Shown piece by piece: positions 16,355 through 25,684 of a DNA stretch of 32,000 nt. The first letter of the stretch is position 1, and every line of letters begins with the position of its first letter. The notes beneath the pieces are model-generated. The model was not told where the DNA came from and made no database searches. It saw only the letters and a list, made by a program, of their open reading frames with translations. Source of the stretch: Candidatus Nitrospira inopinata. Its GTDB lineage: Bacteria > Nitrospirota > Nitrospiria > Nitrospirales > Nitrospiraceae. The stretch spans positions 510,001-542,000 of the forward strand of contig NZ_LN885086.1 in assembly GCF_001458695.1 (NCBI RefSeq). The letters are read 5' to 3'. The translations under genes and the position numbers were made by a program.

Positions 16355-17800
16355 TCACTCTGCCGGCACTTTGGCCCAAGCTCCGATCGCCCATTGATAG
16401 AGGGCCACAGCTTTGTGGAACTCGGCCTTCGCCACAATCACCTGTTTTTTGGCATCAACCGTATTCCGTTCTCGAAGATTGACAAACAACACCGTGCTCG
16501 CCCCGAGGCCAAACCGATACCGCTCCCCCTCCTCGACGATCTCAGCCAAACGAAGGGCCTGCGAGGCCTCCTCGATGCGCTCCTTGGCTCGCTCGATGGC
16601 CGAGAGGGCGTTGTCGACATCGACCGCCACTTGATTCTCTCGAAACGCCTTGGCCATCACCAGCCGCTCCGCCTGTCCCTGAGCCTGCAACACCTCGCCT
16701 CGCCCGCGCCGTTGGAAAATCGGAAACCGCAGTTCGACTCCGAATCGATATCCCAACCCCAGCACGAATTTCTCGGGAGCACGCGCCGGCGCCGCCTCAA
16801 GGTCCAGATTGGGCAACAGATTGTTCTTGGCCAGTGCCAGGTCGATGTGATTGATCTTCGCTTCCACTTCAAGCTCTTTCACTTCCGGTCGTTCTTTCGC
16901 CGCATCGAGCTTGTGCGACAGCGCGTCTTCGGAAGTCGGAACCCGCCCCACCGCCGGGAATTCCGGCACACGATCAAGGGGCGGAGTGGACGGGGAACCA
17001 TTGTCCCATAAAAACATGGACAGCCTGAACTGTTCTTGCTCAAGACGCCGACGGGCCGCGATGGCGATCTCGCGGCGACGGTGCACTTCCTGCCCCGCCT
17101 CCACGACGTCGATCGGAGCGATCGCGCCGGCTTTCGCCCGTTCTTCCATCTGTTGATAGCGCTCTTCCGCCACGGTCAACGCTTGTTGTTCAATCTCCAG
17201 CATCTTGACGGCCGCCACCCACTCCCAGAATTGATGAGCGGCCGCCAAGAAGAGATCCTGACGGGTCTGCGCGATCTTGATTTCCGCAAGGGGCGCCGCA
17301 AGCTCCGACCGTTGCAATTCGGCTCGTTCGGGATTTACCAACAGGCCCCGGAGCAAGGGAAGAAATCCCCCCAAAATGAGCTGCTGATTCTCGCCGAACG
17401 CCAAGTCGGGAATCCGCGCCTCGCCGATCGCTCGGCGATATCCGGCGCTGCCCCGAAATCCCCATGGGTGGCGGGCTTCAAACAAGGTGTCGTTATACCC
17501 GACCGTTTGCGTGCCCTTTTCCGGATTACTGCTCGAAATGAACCGCTCAAGCTCCATGTCATTGATGAGAACCGGGTCAAACGCGCCCAGCGCTTTGATG
17601 ATCTTGCCTCGCGCGATCGTTTTCTCGGCCCCCACTCCTCTGAGGAGGGGATGAGATCGATCGATCCAGGAATGGACTTCTTCCAACGTGAACGGAACGG
17701 GAAGAAGCGACTTTCCGACCGGTCGCTCGTCGGCCTGACCCGCAAAGGTGACCGCCGACAAGACAAGCCACCATCCGAAAACAAACATCAGCAGTTGCAT
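16355..17800 (-). CDS. TolC-family outer membrane efflux protein
   Basis: ATG 17800 lies 7 nt after AAAGGAG. Signal MQLLMFVFGWWLVLSAVTFAGQA. Two OEP-type helical repeats (e.g. LAEIKIAQTRQDLFLAAAHQFWEW and ...ERAKERIEEASQALRLAE...). The 17938 start in the track is a probable over-extension. Confidence 0.8.
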   Translation of the reverse strand: MQLLMFVFGWWLVLSAVTFAGQADERPVGKSLLPVPFTLEEVHSWIDRSHPLLRGVGAEKTIARGKIIKALGAFDPVLINDMELERFISSSNPEKGTQTVGYNDTLFEARHPWGFRGSAGYRRAIGEARIPDLAFGENQQLILGGFLPLLRGLLVNPERAELQRSELAAPLAEIKIAQTRQDLFLAAAHQFWEWVAAVKMLEIEQQALTVAEERYQQMEERAKAGAIAPIDVVEAGQEVHRRREIAIAARRRLEQEQFRLSMFLWDNGSPSTPPLDRVPEFPAVGRVPTSEDALSHKLDAAKERPEVKELEVEAKINHIDLALAKNNLLPNLDLEAAPARAPEKFVLGLGYRFGVELRFPIFQRRGRGEVLQAQGQAERLVMAKAFRENQVAVDVDNALSAIERAKERIEEASQALRLAEIVEEGERYRFGLGASTVLFVNLRERNTVDAKKQVIVAKAEFHKAVALYQWAIGAWAKVPAE

Positions 17801-18155
17801 CGCGAATCTCCTTTCGTTCGGGCGGATTCCGTCCGGGCTTTCGCTACGGAACAGCTTCTCGAACGGCCCGGTCACGCCGGCGCACAGAGCGGGCGACGTC
17901 GGACGGCGCGACGATGCGCGTCCTGATGTGGACATCACCGAATCAGCCGGCGGGATTGACCGGTGTTTCCTTCACAATCGACGGCACGCCGCCGTGAGGG
18001 GAACGTAGCATACGGCGGACTCGGACTCTACCGCTTGCGGCGAGTTCAATCGAACAGGAGCCGTCGGAAGCAAAGGCCTCCTCAGACGGCATCCGGCCGT
18101 GGGGAGGACAACGAGCGGGCATCTGACAGGATAGAAGTCAGAGCATCACCGTTTC

Positions 18156-18173
18156 GGCGGCCGACCGATGATG
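18156..18173 (+). repeat. 18-bp direct repeat copy 1 (GGCGGCCGACCGATGATG)
   Basis: Exact match to 19881-19898 in the same orientation. On the minus strand it reads (R)IIGRPP, followed by KR and a stop. Confidence 0.7.
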
Positions 18174-18371
18174 CGGACGAGCAGTTCTTTCAATCCTCGT
18201 AGAACCGGAAGCGACGGTGTGTGCAGTGAGCGGATTCCTTAAAACGGTTGCTTGATGAGGCCGTGCCCGCGGCCCCGGCCTTTAGACGGGAGTTGACCTC
18301 GCCTTGCGCGCATTTTCTCTCCTCGGCACACCACAAGTCCCCTACAAAATCTGCTCCCTCGCGAATAGTTC

Positions 18372-19463
18372 TCATTGGGAAGACCTATTGCCGGCCAATT
18401 TTCTCCCCATGACTTCATGCACACTCCCAGCCACCAGATGCTGTATAAGGTTGTACAAAATGATCGGAACCATGACTTGTGGATACGATGCAAGAACGAG
18501 CGAGGCCAGCACCAATCCGGTTCCGTTGTTATTCATCCCCAACCCGTACATCAGCGAAACCCGTTCGGCTTCATCGACCTTAAACAGTCGACTGAGCCCG
18601 TAGCCGGACCCAAAGGCTGTGACACACAGGCCCGTCGTGATGGCCAGCGTCACGGCTAGAAAATCGTAATCTCGGTCCGCAACGACTTGAGGGAGCGAGA
18701 CCGATCCGTTTGAGTAGTTCAACATGAGGAGCACGACGGAATTGACCAGTTTGACAAAAGGAAGAATGGCCGTCAGTCGGGCTTCAGGTGCAAGAAAGCG
18801 CACGGCTAGGCCCAACAAAGAGGGCAGCACGATCCAAAGTCCCAAAAATGTTCCCGAGCCGTACGCCGCAAGACTGTGGATGACCGTCTCATATTCCTCC
18901 GTAGCCATCTCCCCGAATACATACAGCGCAATAGGCGTCAGGATGGGGCTCAAAACGGTTGAGGCGAGAACCAATCCCAAACTCAGGGCCAGATTACCAT
19001 TGGAGTTCTGTGCCCAGGCGGTCGAGGCGCCGGCAATCGGCATGGCGGCGACTAAGGCCAGCCCGACCAGAATGTGTTGCGCCTCCTCCGGCTCATACCA
19101 CAGTTGCATAATCACGGTGACCAAAAAGATGTAGGCCATGGGAATGATGAGATTCGCGGCGAGCCCAGCCAGTAACACTGTTGTTTTCTGCCCCAGCGAT
19201 CTGAGATGGGATGGCTTGACGCCCAATCCTGCATTGAACATCAAGGTTGCCAAGAGGATCATGAGTAAGGAGACGTGAAACGTCTCGTTGAAGAGTTGGA
19301 TATCACCGAACGTCAGGTTTCGAATCCTTAAGCCACCGTTCGGCCAGAGAGCCGACAGCGTGTAAGCGGCGACGAGAAACCACAACAGATGATGATGGAT
19401 GAACTGGGTCAAGGCAAGAAAGCTGACGCGGCGGCTTGTCATCGCCGAATGAGGTGTCGACAT
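18372..19463 (-). CDS. Bile acid:sodium symporter (BASS/SBF-like) family transporter
   Basis: ATG 19463 with a GGAG RBS. Polytopic membrane protein with NAGLGVKPSHL and AMPIAGASTAWAQNSNGNLALSLGLVLASTVLSPILTP, resembling the conserved BASS core. G+C is lower than in neighbouring genes. Confidence 0.7.
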   Translation of the reverse strand: MSTPHSAMTSRRVSFLALTQFIHHHLLWFLVAAYTLSALWPNGGLRIRNLTFGDIQLFNETFHVSLLMILLATLMFNAGLGVKPSHLRSLGQKTTVLLAGLAANLIIPMAYIFLVTVIMQLWYEPEEAQHILVGLALVAAMPIAGASTAWAQNSNGNLALSLGLVLASTVLSPILTPIALYVFGEMATEEYETVIHSLAAYGSGTFLGLWIVLPSLLGLAVRFLAPEARLTAILPFVKLVNSVVLLMLNYSNGSVSLPQVVADRDYDFLAVTLAITTGLCVTAFGSGYGLSRLFKVDEAERVSLMYGLGMNNNGTGLVLASLVLASYPQVMVPIILYNLIQHLVAGSVHEVMGRKLAGNRSSQ

Positions 19464-19846
19464 TGTGCCTACTCCGTTGATTCGCCAGTTACCCGTGTAT
19501 TGCCAATCCGCATGGGCAATACGCTCTAGCACCGGAGTCTTTAAGAACTTCGGGAGTTCGCAATGATCTGAGCCATCGATCAGCTCGCTCCTACGCAATG
19601 TTCAAAGAAATCATCACGAAGACGTTGCCCATTATCCGGGGAATGCACTCTTAGAGTCCATGTTTTTGCCGGAAGAGCGAGAGCTGGAAGGCTCCAAAGA
19701 GTTCGCGTCAAACTTGTTCGGCGAATTGGGGCCATAACTTTCCGTTGAAAGTCTTTCTTTAAGCTTTGGAAGTCAACGTTTACAACGATTCGCGGTCTGT
19801 ATTTCACCCGAACACATCACCGTCAGTTCGAACACGTCCGGCACAT

Positions 19847-20716
19847 TTAGCGATGTCTCAGTTTCAATGGAGACACGCCTGGCGGCCGACCGATGATGTG
19901 CATGCGGGGTCCTTGAAAGAGCAGGATCAGCCGATCATCCTGCGTTTCGTTGCCCAGCACCCATTCGAACAGCCGTTTGGCGTCGTTTAATTCCGGATCG
20001 CGCGGAACCCCGTACTGTTCTTTTTGCATCGGCTCGTCATAGAGGCCGATGCAGCCATGCGAGGCGGGATAGCCGGGCACATCCCGCCCGTGAATCCAGT
20101 ACGACACGCCGGCACGGTTGATATAAAACCGGAACGCGTAGTTCATCGGATAGGGGCGCTCGGTGCCTTCGATCGTATAGAGGCTGGACTGATGGCGACG
20201 ATGGGCAGCAGAGATGCGAAACTCGCCGGTGGGAGTCCGATCGGGGTCAGCTCGAGCCCCCGACGTGATGGGAAGCGAAAACCGGAGCGCCCCATATTCA
20301 TACGCCCCGAGAAATTGCTCGGAGAGATCGATCAGAATGAACTTGGCGTCTCCTTCCGCCGGCGGATACACGAGAGGGAGCGGCTCAAATTCGGCTAGAT
20401 CTTCAACCCGCTTTGGCACCTTGATGGACACACCGAGACCGGCATGGCGCCGATCTACGCGGTTGAACCGAGCGACGTCCACCCACCGTTCGCCGAACAA
20501 CCGTTCCAATGATTCGCCGCCGCGCAATGTCCGGCATTCCCAGTCGATCCGGTCGTCGCTCGGATGGAGGACGGCGCACAGGCCGCGAAGTTTCTTGGGC
20601 GCGTCCGCGTAAGACACAACGGGGGAAAGTGCCGCCAGGACGAGAACGGTCATAAACCATCCGTCTCGGGCGATGGAGGCATGGCCCGCCGTCCTCGTGC
20701 CAAGATCGGACCTCAT
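19847..20716 (-). CDS. L,D-transpeptidase (YkuD domain) with LysM-like N-terminal module
   Basis: Catalytic motif HGRDVPGYPASHGCIGL (H...S-H-G-C). LysM-like segment GESLERLFGERWVDVARFNRVD...GVSIKVP. ATG 20716 lies 5 nt after GGAAGGAAG. Confidence 0.8.
   Translation of the reverse strand: MRSDLGTRTAGHASIARDGWFMTVLVLAALSPVVSYADAPKKLRGLCAVLHPSDDRIDWECRTLRGGESLERLFGERWVDVARFNRVDRRHAGLGVSIKVPKRVEDLAEFEPLPLVYPPAEGDAKFILIDLSEQFLGAYEYGALRFSLPITSGARADPDRTPTGEFRISAAHRRHQSSLYTIEGTERPYPMNYAFRFYINRAGVSYWIHGRDVPGYPASHGCIGLYDEPMQKEQYGVPRDPELNDAKRLFEWVLGNETQDDRLILLFQGPRMHIIGRPPGVSPLKLRHR
19881..19898 (+). repeat. 18-bp direct repeat copy 2 (GGCGGCCGACCGATGATG)
   Basis: Exact match to 18156-18173. It lies inside the 3' end of the L,D-transpeptidase gene, where it encodes HIIGRPP on the minus strand. 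Confidence 0.7.
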
Positions 20717-20802
20717 GTCCGCTTCCTTCCTGATCCTCCACGCGCGTCTTCTCCCGATTCCGCTTCTCTTGCGAGAGGCGTGTCGCGTCGTACGATCGCC
20801 GT

Positions 20803-21237
20803 CTACGACCAATATTGCGACGCCCTCAGATAGCCGAACAGCAGATCGCGACGGGCCAGAATGCCCACCAGCTTCTTGTTCCGCACGACCGGCACGCGGG
20901 TGACATACCGGTCCTGAAACAGGTCGGCCACTTGGGCCAATGTTTGATCCTCGGTCACCGTCAGGGGGTTCGTCGACATGATCTCGGCCGCCGTGATCTT
21001 TCTCAGATCCCGTCCGTCGATCATCGCCTGCAAGAGATCATATTCGGTCACGATGCCGACGACCGTGCCTTCCTCGTCCACGACGGGAAGGCTTCCATAG
21101 TTGCGATGGGTCATCAGGTGGGCGATCGTCGCCGCGTCGGTGCGCGGCGTACACCGCGTCACCGCGTCCTGCATCAACTGTCCGACGGTCAAGGTCTTGG
21201 GATCACAGGCTTTGAGAAAAAACTCCGTCTGTCGCAT
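20803..21237 (-). CDS. CBS-pair domain protein
   Basis: Two CBS repeats (LPVVDEEGTVVGIVTEYDLLQAM and VPVVRNKKLVGILARRDLL). GAGGA RBS. Lies 9 nt downstream of the preceding CBS gene. Confidence 0.8.
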   Translation of the reverse strand: MRQTEFFLKACDPKTLTVGQLMQDAVTRCTPRTDAATIAHLMTHRNYGSLPVVDEEGTVVGIVTEYDLLQAMIDGRDLRKITAAEIMSTNPLTVTEDQTLAQVADLFQDRYVTRVPVVRNKKLVGILARRDLLFGYLRASQYWS

Positions 21238-21246
21238 CGTCCGTCC

Positions 21247-21708
21247 TCACTTTCTCGTCTTGGGCTTTCCCGCCGACGGGCCTGCCGCCAGATAGACGCG
21301 CAGGACGTCGCGGCGCGCAATGATGCCGATCAACCGATTCTTGTCGTCGACGACCGGCACGCGGACCAAATCGCTCGCCCGCAACACGTGGACGAGCGTG
21401 GCCAGGTTGGTCGCCGCAGGGATAGAGTAGGGATTACCCGTCATCACCTCTCCCGCCGCCACGGTCCCGAGTTCCTTCCCCTCATCAAGGGCCGCCAACA
21501 GATCATGTTCGCTGACGATTCCAACCAGCCTTCTTCGTTGATCGACGACGGGAACCGCACCAAACCCCTCGATCATCAGCGAGGCGATCACGTCGCCTTT
21601 CGTGCGCAGATGCACGGACTGCACTTTTGTCTCCATCACTTGCTCGACGGTCATCGAGGAGAAATCTTGTCGCTTGGCGCCTTGCGCCTTGTTCTTCCGG
21701 ACCGGCAT
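21247..21708 (-). CDS. CBS-pair domain protein
   Basis: Two CBS repeats (VPVVDQRRRLVGIVSEHDLLAAL and VPVVDDKNRLIGIIARRDVLRVY). GGGAGG RBS upstream of ATG 21708. Confidence 0.8.
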   Translation of the reverse strand: MPVRKNKAQGAKRQDFSSMTVEQVMETKVQSVHLRTKGDVIASLMIEGFGAVPVVDQRRRLVGIVSEHDLLAALDEGKELGTVAAGEVMTGNPYSIPAATNLATLVHVLRASDLVRVPVVDDKNRLIGIIARRDVLRVYLAAGPSAGKPKTRK

Positions 21709-21984
21709 GGTAGTACCTCCCCCCTAGAGATTCTCCGGTTTGCTGACCCTCTCTTCGCCTTTCACCTTCAATCAAAGCCATTGCCCCAAATTGCCACGGC
21801 CCAGTTTTCCACGTGACGCAAAACTCCCCAGCGCCTCGATTGATTTGGTATGCAAGATACCTTCAATATCTAAAGAAAGAAGGGGGCTCTTTCTTCCTTT
21901 TCCAACCTGGCGACCATAGGCATACACAATGCAGATTGAGTGCCTGACGGTACCCGCCATGAACCCCCAACGAAAGGAGCGGCC

Positions 21985-22890
21985 ATGAAAATCCTCTGCG
22001 CCGTGGACGGATCGGAGTTTTCGCAGTGGGCCATTGACGCAATCGGGGTCTTGGGACGAAGCGCCCTTTCATCCGTCACGGTGCTGCACGTCATGGACAC
22101 CCGGCATCTGAAGCCGGTCGGCGCCCCCCACACGGCAACCTATCGGGGCGCCAAAGCGGCCTTGGAGAAGTCCGGGGAAGAGATCCTCCGCCGCTCCGTT
22201 ACTCGACTGGAAGTGGCGCTCAGTCAATCATCCCTGCGTCCCCGCACGACGGTGCGCTCCCTGTTGCTCCACGGCTCTCCCGCCGCCACGATCGTCCAGC
22301 GAGCCGCCCAAGAGCGGATGGACCTCATCGTCCTTGGCACGCGCGGCGCGAGCGATATCAAAGGCTTTCTCCTCGGCAGCGTGGCGCGCAAGGTCACTTC
22401 GCTGGCCGACTGCGCGGTCCTCGCCGTCAAGCGACCGATCAAGGCGGTCGATCGGATTCTTCTGGCCGTGGACGAATCAAAATATTCCCGACGGGCGGCG
22501 AAATTTCTCCGCTCCGGCATCCTTCCCGACACCGCGCACGTCATCATCTTTACCGCGGCCGTCTCCCCGGTCACCGACCTGGCCGCCCGCCATCTCACCG
22601 AGCAGCAGATCAAATCGCTCAATCAACCGGTGTTCGAACGGGCGACGGATCTCGTGGCCAGGATGCGGGAGGATTTCCTGAAAGAAGGATTCACCGTGAC
22701 GACGGAAGTGCAGTTCAACCATGTCACCGACGCCATCATCCGGATGGTGACGTTCAATCAGATTGATCTCTTGACCCTCGGCTCACGGGGATTGTCCACC
22801 CAGGAGCGACTCCAACTGGGGAGCGTCTCCGAAACGGCGCTGAAGTACGCGCCCTGCTCGGTATTGATCGTTCGAGGCCTGCGTGTCTGA
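21985..22890 (+). CDS. Universal stress protein, tandem UspA domains
   Basis: ATG 21985 follows AAAGGAG (21974-21980). MKILCAVDGSEFS..., VLGTRGASDIKGFLLGSVARKV and TLGSRGLSTQERLQLGSVSETAL motifs. Confidence 0.85.
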   Translation: MKILCAVDGSEFSQWAIDAIGVLGRSALSSVTVLHVMDTRHLKPVGAPHTATYRGAKAALEKSGEEILRRSVTRLEVALSQSSLRPRTTVRSLLLHGSPAATIVQRAAQERMDLIVLGTRGASDIKGFLLGSVARKVTSLADCAVLAVKRPIKAVDRILLAVDESKYSRRAAKFLRSGILPDTAHVIIFTAAVSPVTDLAARHLTEQQIKSLNQPVFERATDLVARMREDFLKEGFTVTTEVQFNHVTDAIIRMVTFNQIDLLTLGSRGLSTQERLQLGSVSETALKYAPCSVLIVRGLRV

Positions 22891-25684
22891 ACCGCCCCAT
22901 GAAGACATCCACCGCCTCTCGGTGGAGGAGGTGCTGCGACAGTTGGCCACGACCGAAGCCGGTCTTTCGCCGGAAGAGGCGGGCAGACGACTGAGAGAAC
23001 ACGGGCCGAACATCCTGCTTGAACAGCCCCGCAACGCTCCGCTCCGGAGTTTCAGTCGTCATTTCACTCATTTCCTCGCCGTGCTCCTGTGGATTGCGGC
23101 CGGCCTCTGCTTCATGGCGAACATGATGAGTCCCGGCGAGGGCATGGCCACGATAGGCTGGGCCATCGTCGCCGTCATCGTGATCAACGCCGCTTTCGCT
23201 TTCCTCCAGGAATACAAGGCGGAACGGACCCTCGCGGCGCTCCGCCGCCTGTTGCCGGACAAGGCTTGGGTCATCCGAGGCGGACAACCGGTCGAAATCG
23301 AGCGGCGCGACATCGTCCCCGGCGACGTATTGATCCTGGAAGAAGGCGAGCGCGTGCCGGCGGACGCACGTCTCATCGAAGCGATCGGCATGCGGGTGGA
23401 CAACGCCGCCCTGACGGGCGAGGCTCGGCCGAAACGACGGACGGCCGATCCCGTCACGGGTGGTCACCGGCTGGATCTTCCCAATCTCGTGTTCGCGGGA
23501 ACGACGATTCTCTCCGGACATGGGCGAGCCGTCGTGTTCGCCGTCGGCATGCGCTCGGAGTTCGGCAAGGTCGCCGCCCTGGCTACCGCCACGGAATCCG
23601 GCGCCAGTCCGCTTCAATTGGAAATCGCCAAGGTGACTCGGATCATCGCCACCCTCTCCGTGACCATGGGTGTCCTCTTCTTCTCGATCGGCCTCTGGGC
23701 CGGCTTGAGCCTCTGGACCAGCTTCGTCTTCGGCATCGGCATCATCGTGGCCAACGTGCCGGAGGGATTGTTGCCGACCGTCACCCTCGCCCTCGCCATG
23801 AGCAGCCAACGCATGGCGAAGCGGAACGTGCTGATCAAACATTTGCCCGCCGTTGAAACGCTCGGCTGCACGACCGTCATCTGCACCGACAAGACCGGCA
23901 CGCTGACCGAAAATCGCATGAAGGTCGATCGTTTCTACGTGGATGGACGGGTGATCGAGTCAAAGGACGGCCGCTTCGTCGCCGGAGGGCGACTGATCAG
24001 TTCGGCTGAAGCCGCACGCTGGCGCCGGTTCTTTGACGCGCTCCTTCACTGCCAGAACGCCAAACGGGCTCGGCGATCCGATGGACGATGGACGGCCACC
24101 GGCGATCCGACGGAAGTGGCGCTCCTTGAATTCGCGATGGAACACGGGCCGGCCCATCGCCCATCTTTGCGCCGCATGGGAGAGCTTCCTTTCGACGCCG
24201 ACCGCAAACGAATGAGTACGCTTCATTGGTCCGAAGGACGGCTGCTTGCCTTCACCAAGGGCGCTCCCGAATCGGTGCTGCCGCTCTGCACCACGATCCT
24301 CCTTGATGGAACGTCCCATCCCATGACGGAGGAGGAACGGGCAACGATCACAAATCAAAGCCGAGCCTTCGCGGAGCAAGCCCACCGAGTGCTGGCGATC
24401 GCCATGCGCGAGGTGGCTCACCGGCCAGAACGGATCGAAGTTGAGAGCATCGAGGAGGACCTGACGTTTCTGGGCCTGGTCGCCATGGTGGACCCGCCCA
24501 GGCGAGAGGTGCCGGAAGCCGTGGCCATCTGCCGCCGAGCCGGCGTCCGCGTCGTGATGATCACCGGAGACCATCCGCTGACCGCGCTGGCCGTGGCCAG
24601 GGAAATCGGCTTGGTGGCGGGCCAGGGTACCGAGGACGCGAACGCCCTCCCGACCGTCATCGAGGGCACTCAGCTCGACCATCTGAGCGATGAACAATTA
24701 CGTGAGCTCTTGAAGCCATCGCCGGTCGGCTCTCCGCCTCTGTTCGCGCGCATGGCGCCGCGCCACAAGCTGCGCGTGGTTTCCACGCTCAAAAACATGG
24801 GCGAGATTGTCGCCGTCACGGGCGACGGCGTCAACGACGCGCCGGCGCTCAAACAGGCCGACATCGGCGTGGCGATGGGACTCGCCGGGGCCGACGTCGC
24901 CAAGGAAACGGCCGACATGATTTTGCTCGACGACAATTTCGCGACGATCGTGTATGCGATCGAAGAAGGACGGACGGTGTACGACAACATCCGCAAGTTC
25001 TCCACCTATATCTTGGCGAGCAACGTCCCGGAAATCGTCCCGTTTTTGGGATACGGCCTCGCCGGCTGGCCACTGGCGCTCACAGTTCCCCAAATACTGG
25101 CGGTCGATCTCGGCACTGACATGATTCCGGCGCTCGGCCTCGGCGCGGAGCGGCCCCAAGCCGACGTCATGGATCGCCCGCCGCGCAACCGGCGCGAACG
25201 GATGCTGAACCTTCCCCTGCTTCTGAGGGCGTACCTCTTTTTGGGTGTGATCGAAGCGGCCACGGCGATGACGGCGTTTTTTCTCTATCTCACCAGCAAA
25301 GGATGGGCCTGGGGCACACCGCTTGACTGGTCCTCTCCTCTCTACCGTGAGGCCACGACGGTCACCCTGGCGACCATCGTCCTGGCACAGGTCGCCAACG
25401 TGTTCGCCTGCCGATCCGACCATCTCTCCATGATCAGGATCGGCTGGTTCTCCAATCCGCTCATCCTCTGGGGGATCTTCGCGGAGCTGGCTATCTTTGT
25501 GCTCGTGGCTTATACGCCGATCGGCCATCGCCTGTTCGGCACCAGCCCCCTTCCGCCGTGGATCTTCGGCCCGTTAACCATCGGAGGAGCAGGATTGCTT
25601 CTGGCCGAGGAAGGACGCAAGCTGCTCGTCAATCGGTTGAGGCGGCGGCCGTCGCCGCTGGCGCAGAGGGAACTGCCCGCATGA
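22883..25684 (+). CDS. Cation-translocating P-type ATPase (type II, Ca2+/cation-like)
   Basis: All signature motifs are present: LTGEA, VPEGLLPT (PEGL), CTDKTGTLTEN, KGAPE, DPPR, MITGD, TGDGVNDAPALK. The GTG start overlaps the USP stop. Confidence 0.9.
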   Translation: MSEPPHEDIHRLSVEEVLRQLATTEAGLSPEEAGRRLREHGPNILLEQPRNAPLRSFSRHFTHFLAVLLWIAAGLCFMANMMSPGEGMATIGWAIVAVIVINAAFAFLQEYKAERTLAALRRLLPDKAWVIRGGQPVEIERRDIVPGDVLILEEGERVPADARLIEAIGMRVDNAALTGEARPKRRTADPVTGGHRLDLPNLVFAGTTILSGHGRAVVFAVGMRSEFGKVAALATATESGASPLQLEIAKVTRIIATLSVTMGVLFFSIGLWAGLSLWTSFVFGIGIIVANVPEGLLPTVTLALAMSSQRMAKRNVLIKHLPAVETLGCTTVICTDKTGTLTENRMKVDRFYVDGRVIESKDGRFVAGGRLISSAEAARWRRFFDALLHCQNAKRARRSDGRWTATGDPTEVALLEFAMEHGPAHRPSLRRMGELPFDADRKRMSTLHWSEGRLLAFTKGAPESVLPLCTTILLDGTSHPMTEEERATITNQSRAFAEQAHRVLAIAMREVAHRPERIEVESIEEDLTFLGLVAMVDPPRREVPEAVAICRRAGVRVVMITGDHPLTALAVAREIGLVAGQGTEDANALPTVIEGTQLDHLSDEQLRELLKPSPVGSPPLFARMAPRHKLRVVSTLKNMGEIVAVTGDGVNDAPALKQADIGVAMGLAGADVAKETADMILLDDNFATIVYAIEEGRTVYDNIRKFSTYILASNVPEIVPFLGYGLAGWPLALTVPQILAVDLGTDMIPALGLGAERPQADVMDRPPRNRRERMLNLPLLLRAYLFLGVIEAATAMTAFFLYLTSKGWAWGTPLDWSSPLYREATTVTLATIVLAQVANVFACRSDHLSMIRIGWFSNPLILWGIFAELAIFVLVAYTPIGHRLFGTSPLPPWIFGPLTIGGAGLLLAEEGRKLLVNRLRRRPSPLAQRELPA

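Noticed and set aside
16355-17938. Longer N-terminal extensions offered by the ORF track for TolC (17938), the Cys-repeat protein (13027), the BASS transporter (19598), the L,D-transpeptidase (20812), USP (21940), the Lon-like protease (7117), MacA (25558) and the MacB permease (26876).
   Set aside because: The extensions are Arg/Pro-rich, overlap upstream genes or lack an RBS. Internal ATG codons have good Shine-Dalgarno sequences and give proper signal peptides or canonical N-termini.
17943-18122. 59-aa minus-strand ORF (MPARCPPHGRMPSEEAFASDGSCSIELAASGRVRV...) upstream of the TolC gene. I considered it as a possible small secreted substrate or leader peptide for the T1SS-like locus.
   Set aside because: It has no Shine-Dalgarno sequence, an Arg-rich random-looking composition, and no GG-leader or RTX-type secretion signal. 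It is indistinguishable from noise in a high-GC spacer.
18146-18238. Short minus-strand reading GIRSLHTPSLPVLRGLKELLVRIIGRPPKR*, considered as an L,D-transpeptidase pseudogene fragment.
   Set aside because: Only the 6-7 residues encoded by the 18-bp repeat match the transpeptidase. The rest shows no similarity, so it is reported as a repeat or insertion scar, not as a pseudogene.
21873-21895. Hairpin AAGAAAGA-agggggc-TCTTTCTT in the divergent CBS/USP promoter region, considered as a terminator.
   Set aside because: The stem is weak and AT-rich. No gene ends upstream of it on either strand, since it lies between two divergent gene starts, and there is no proper U-tract context.
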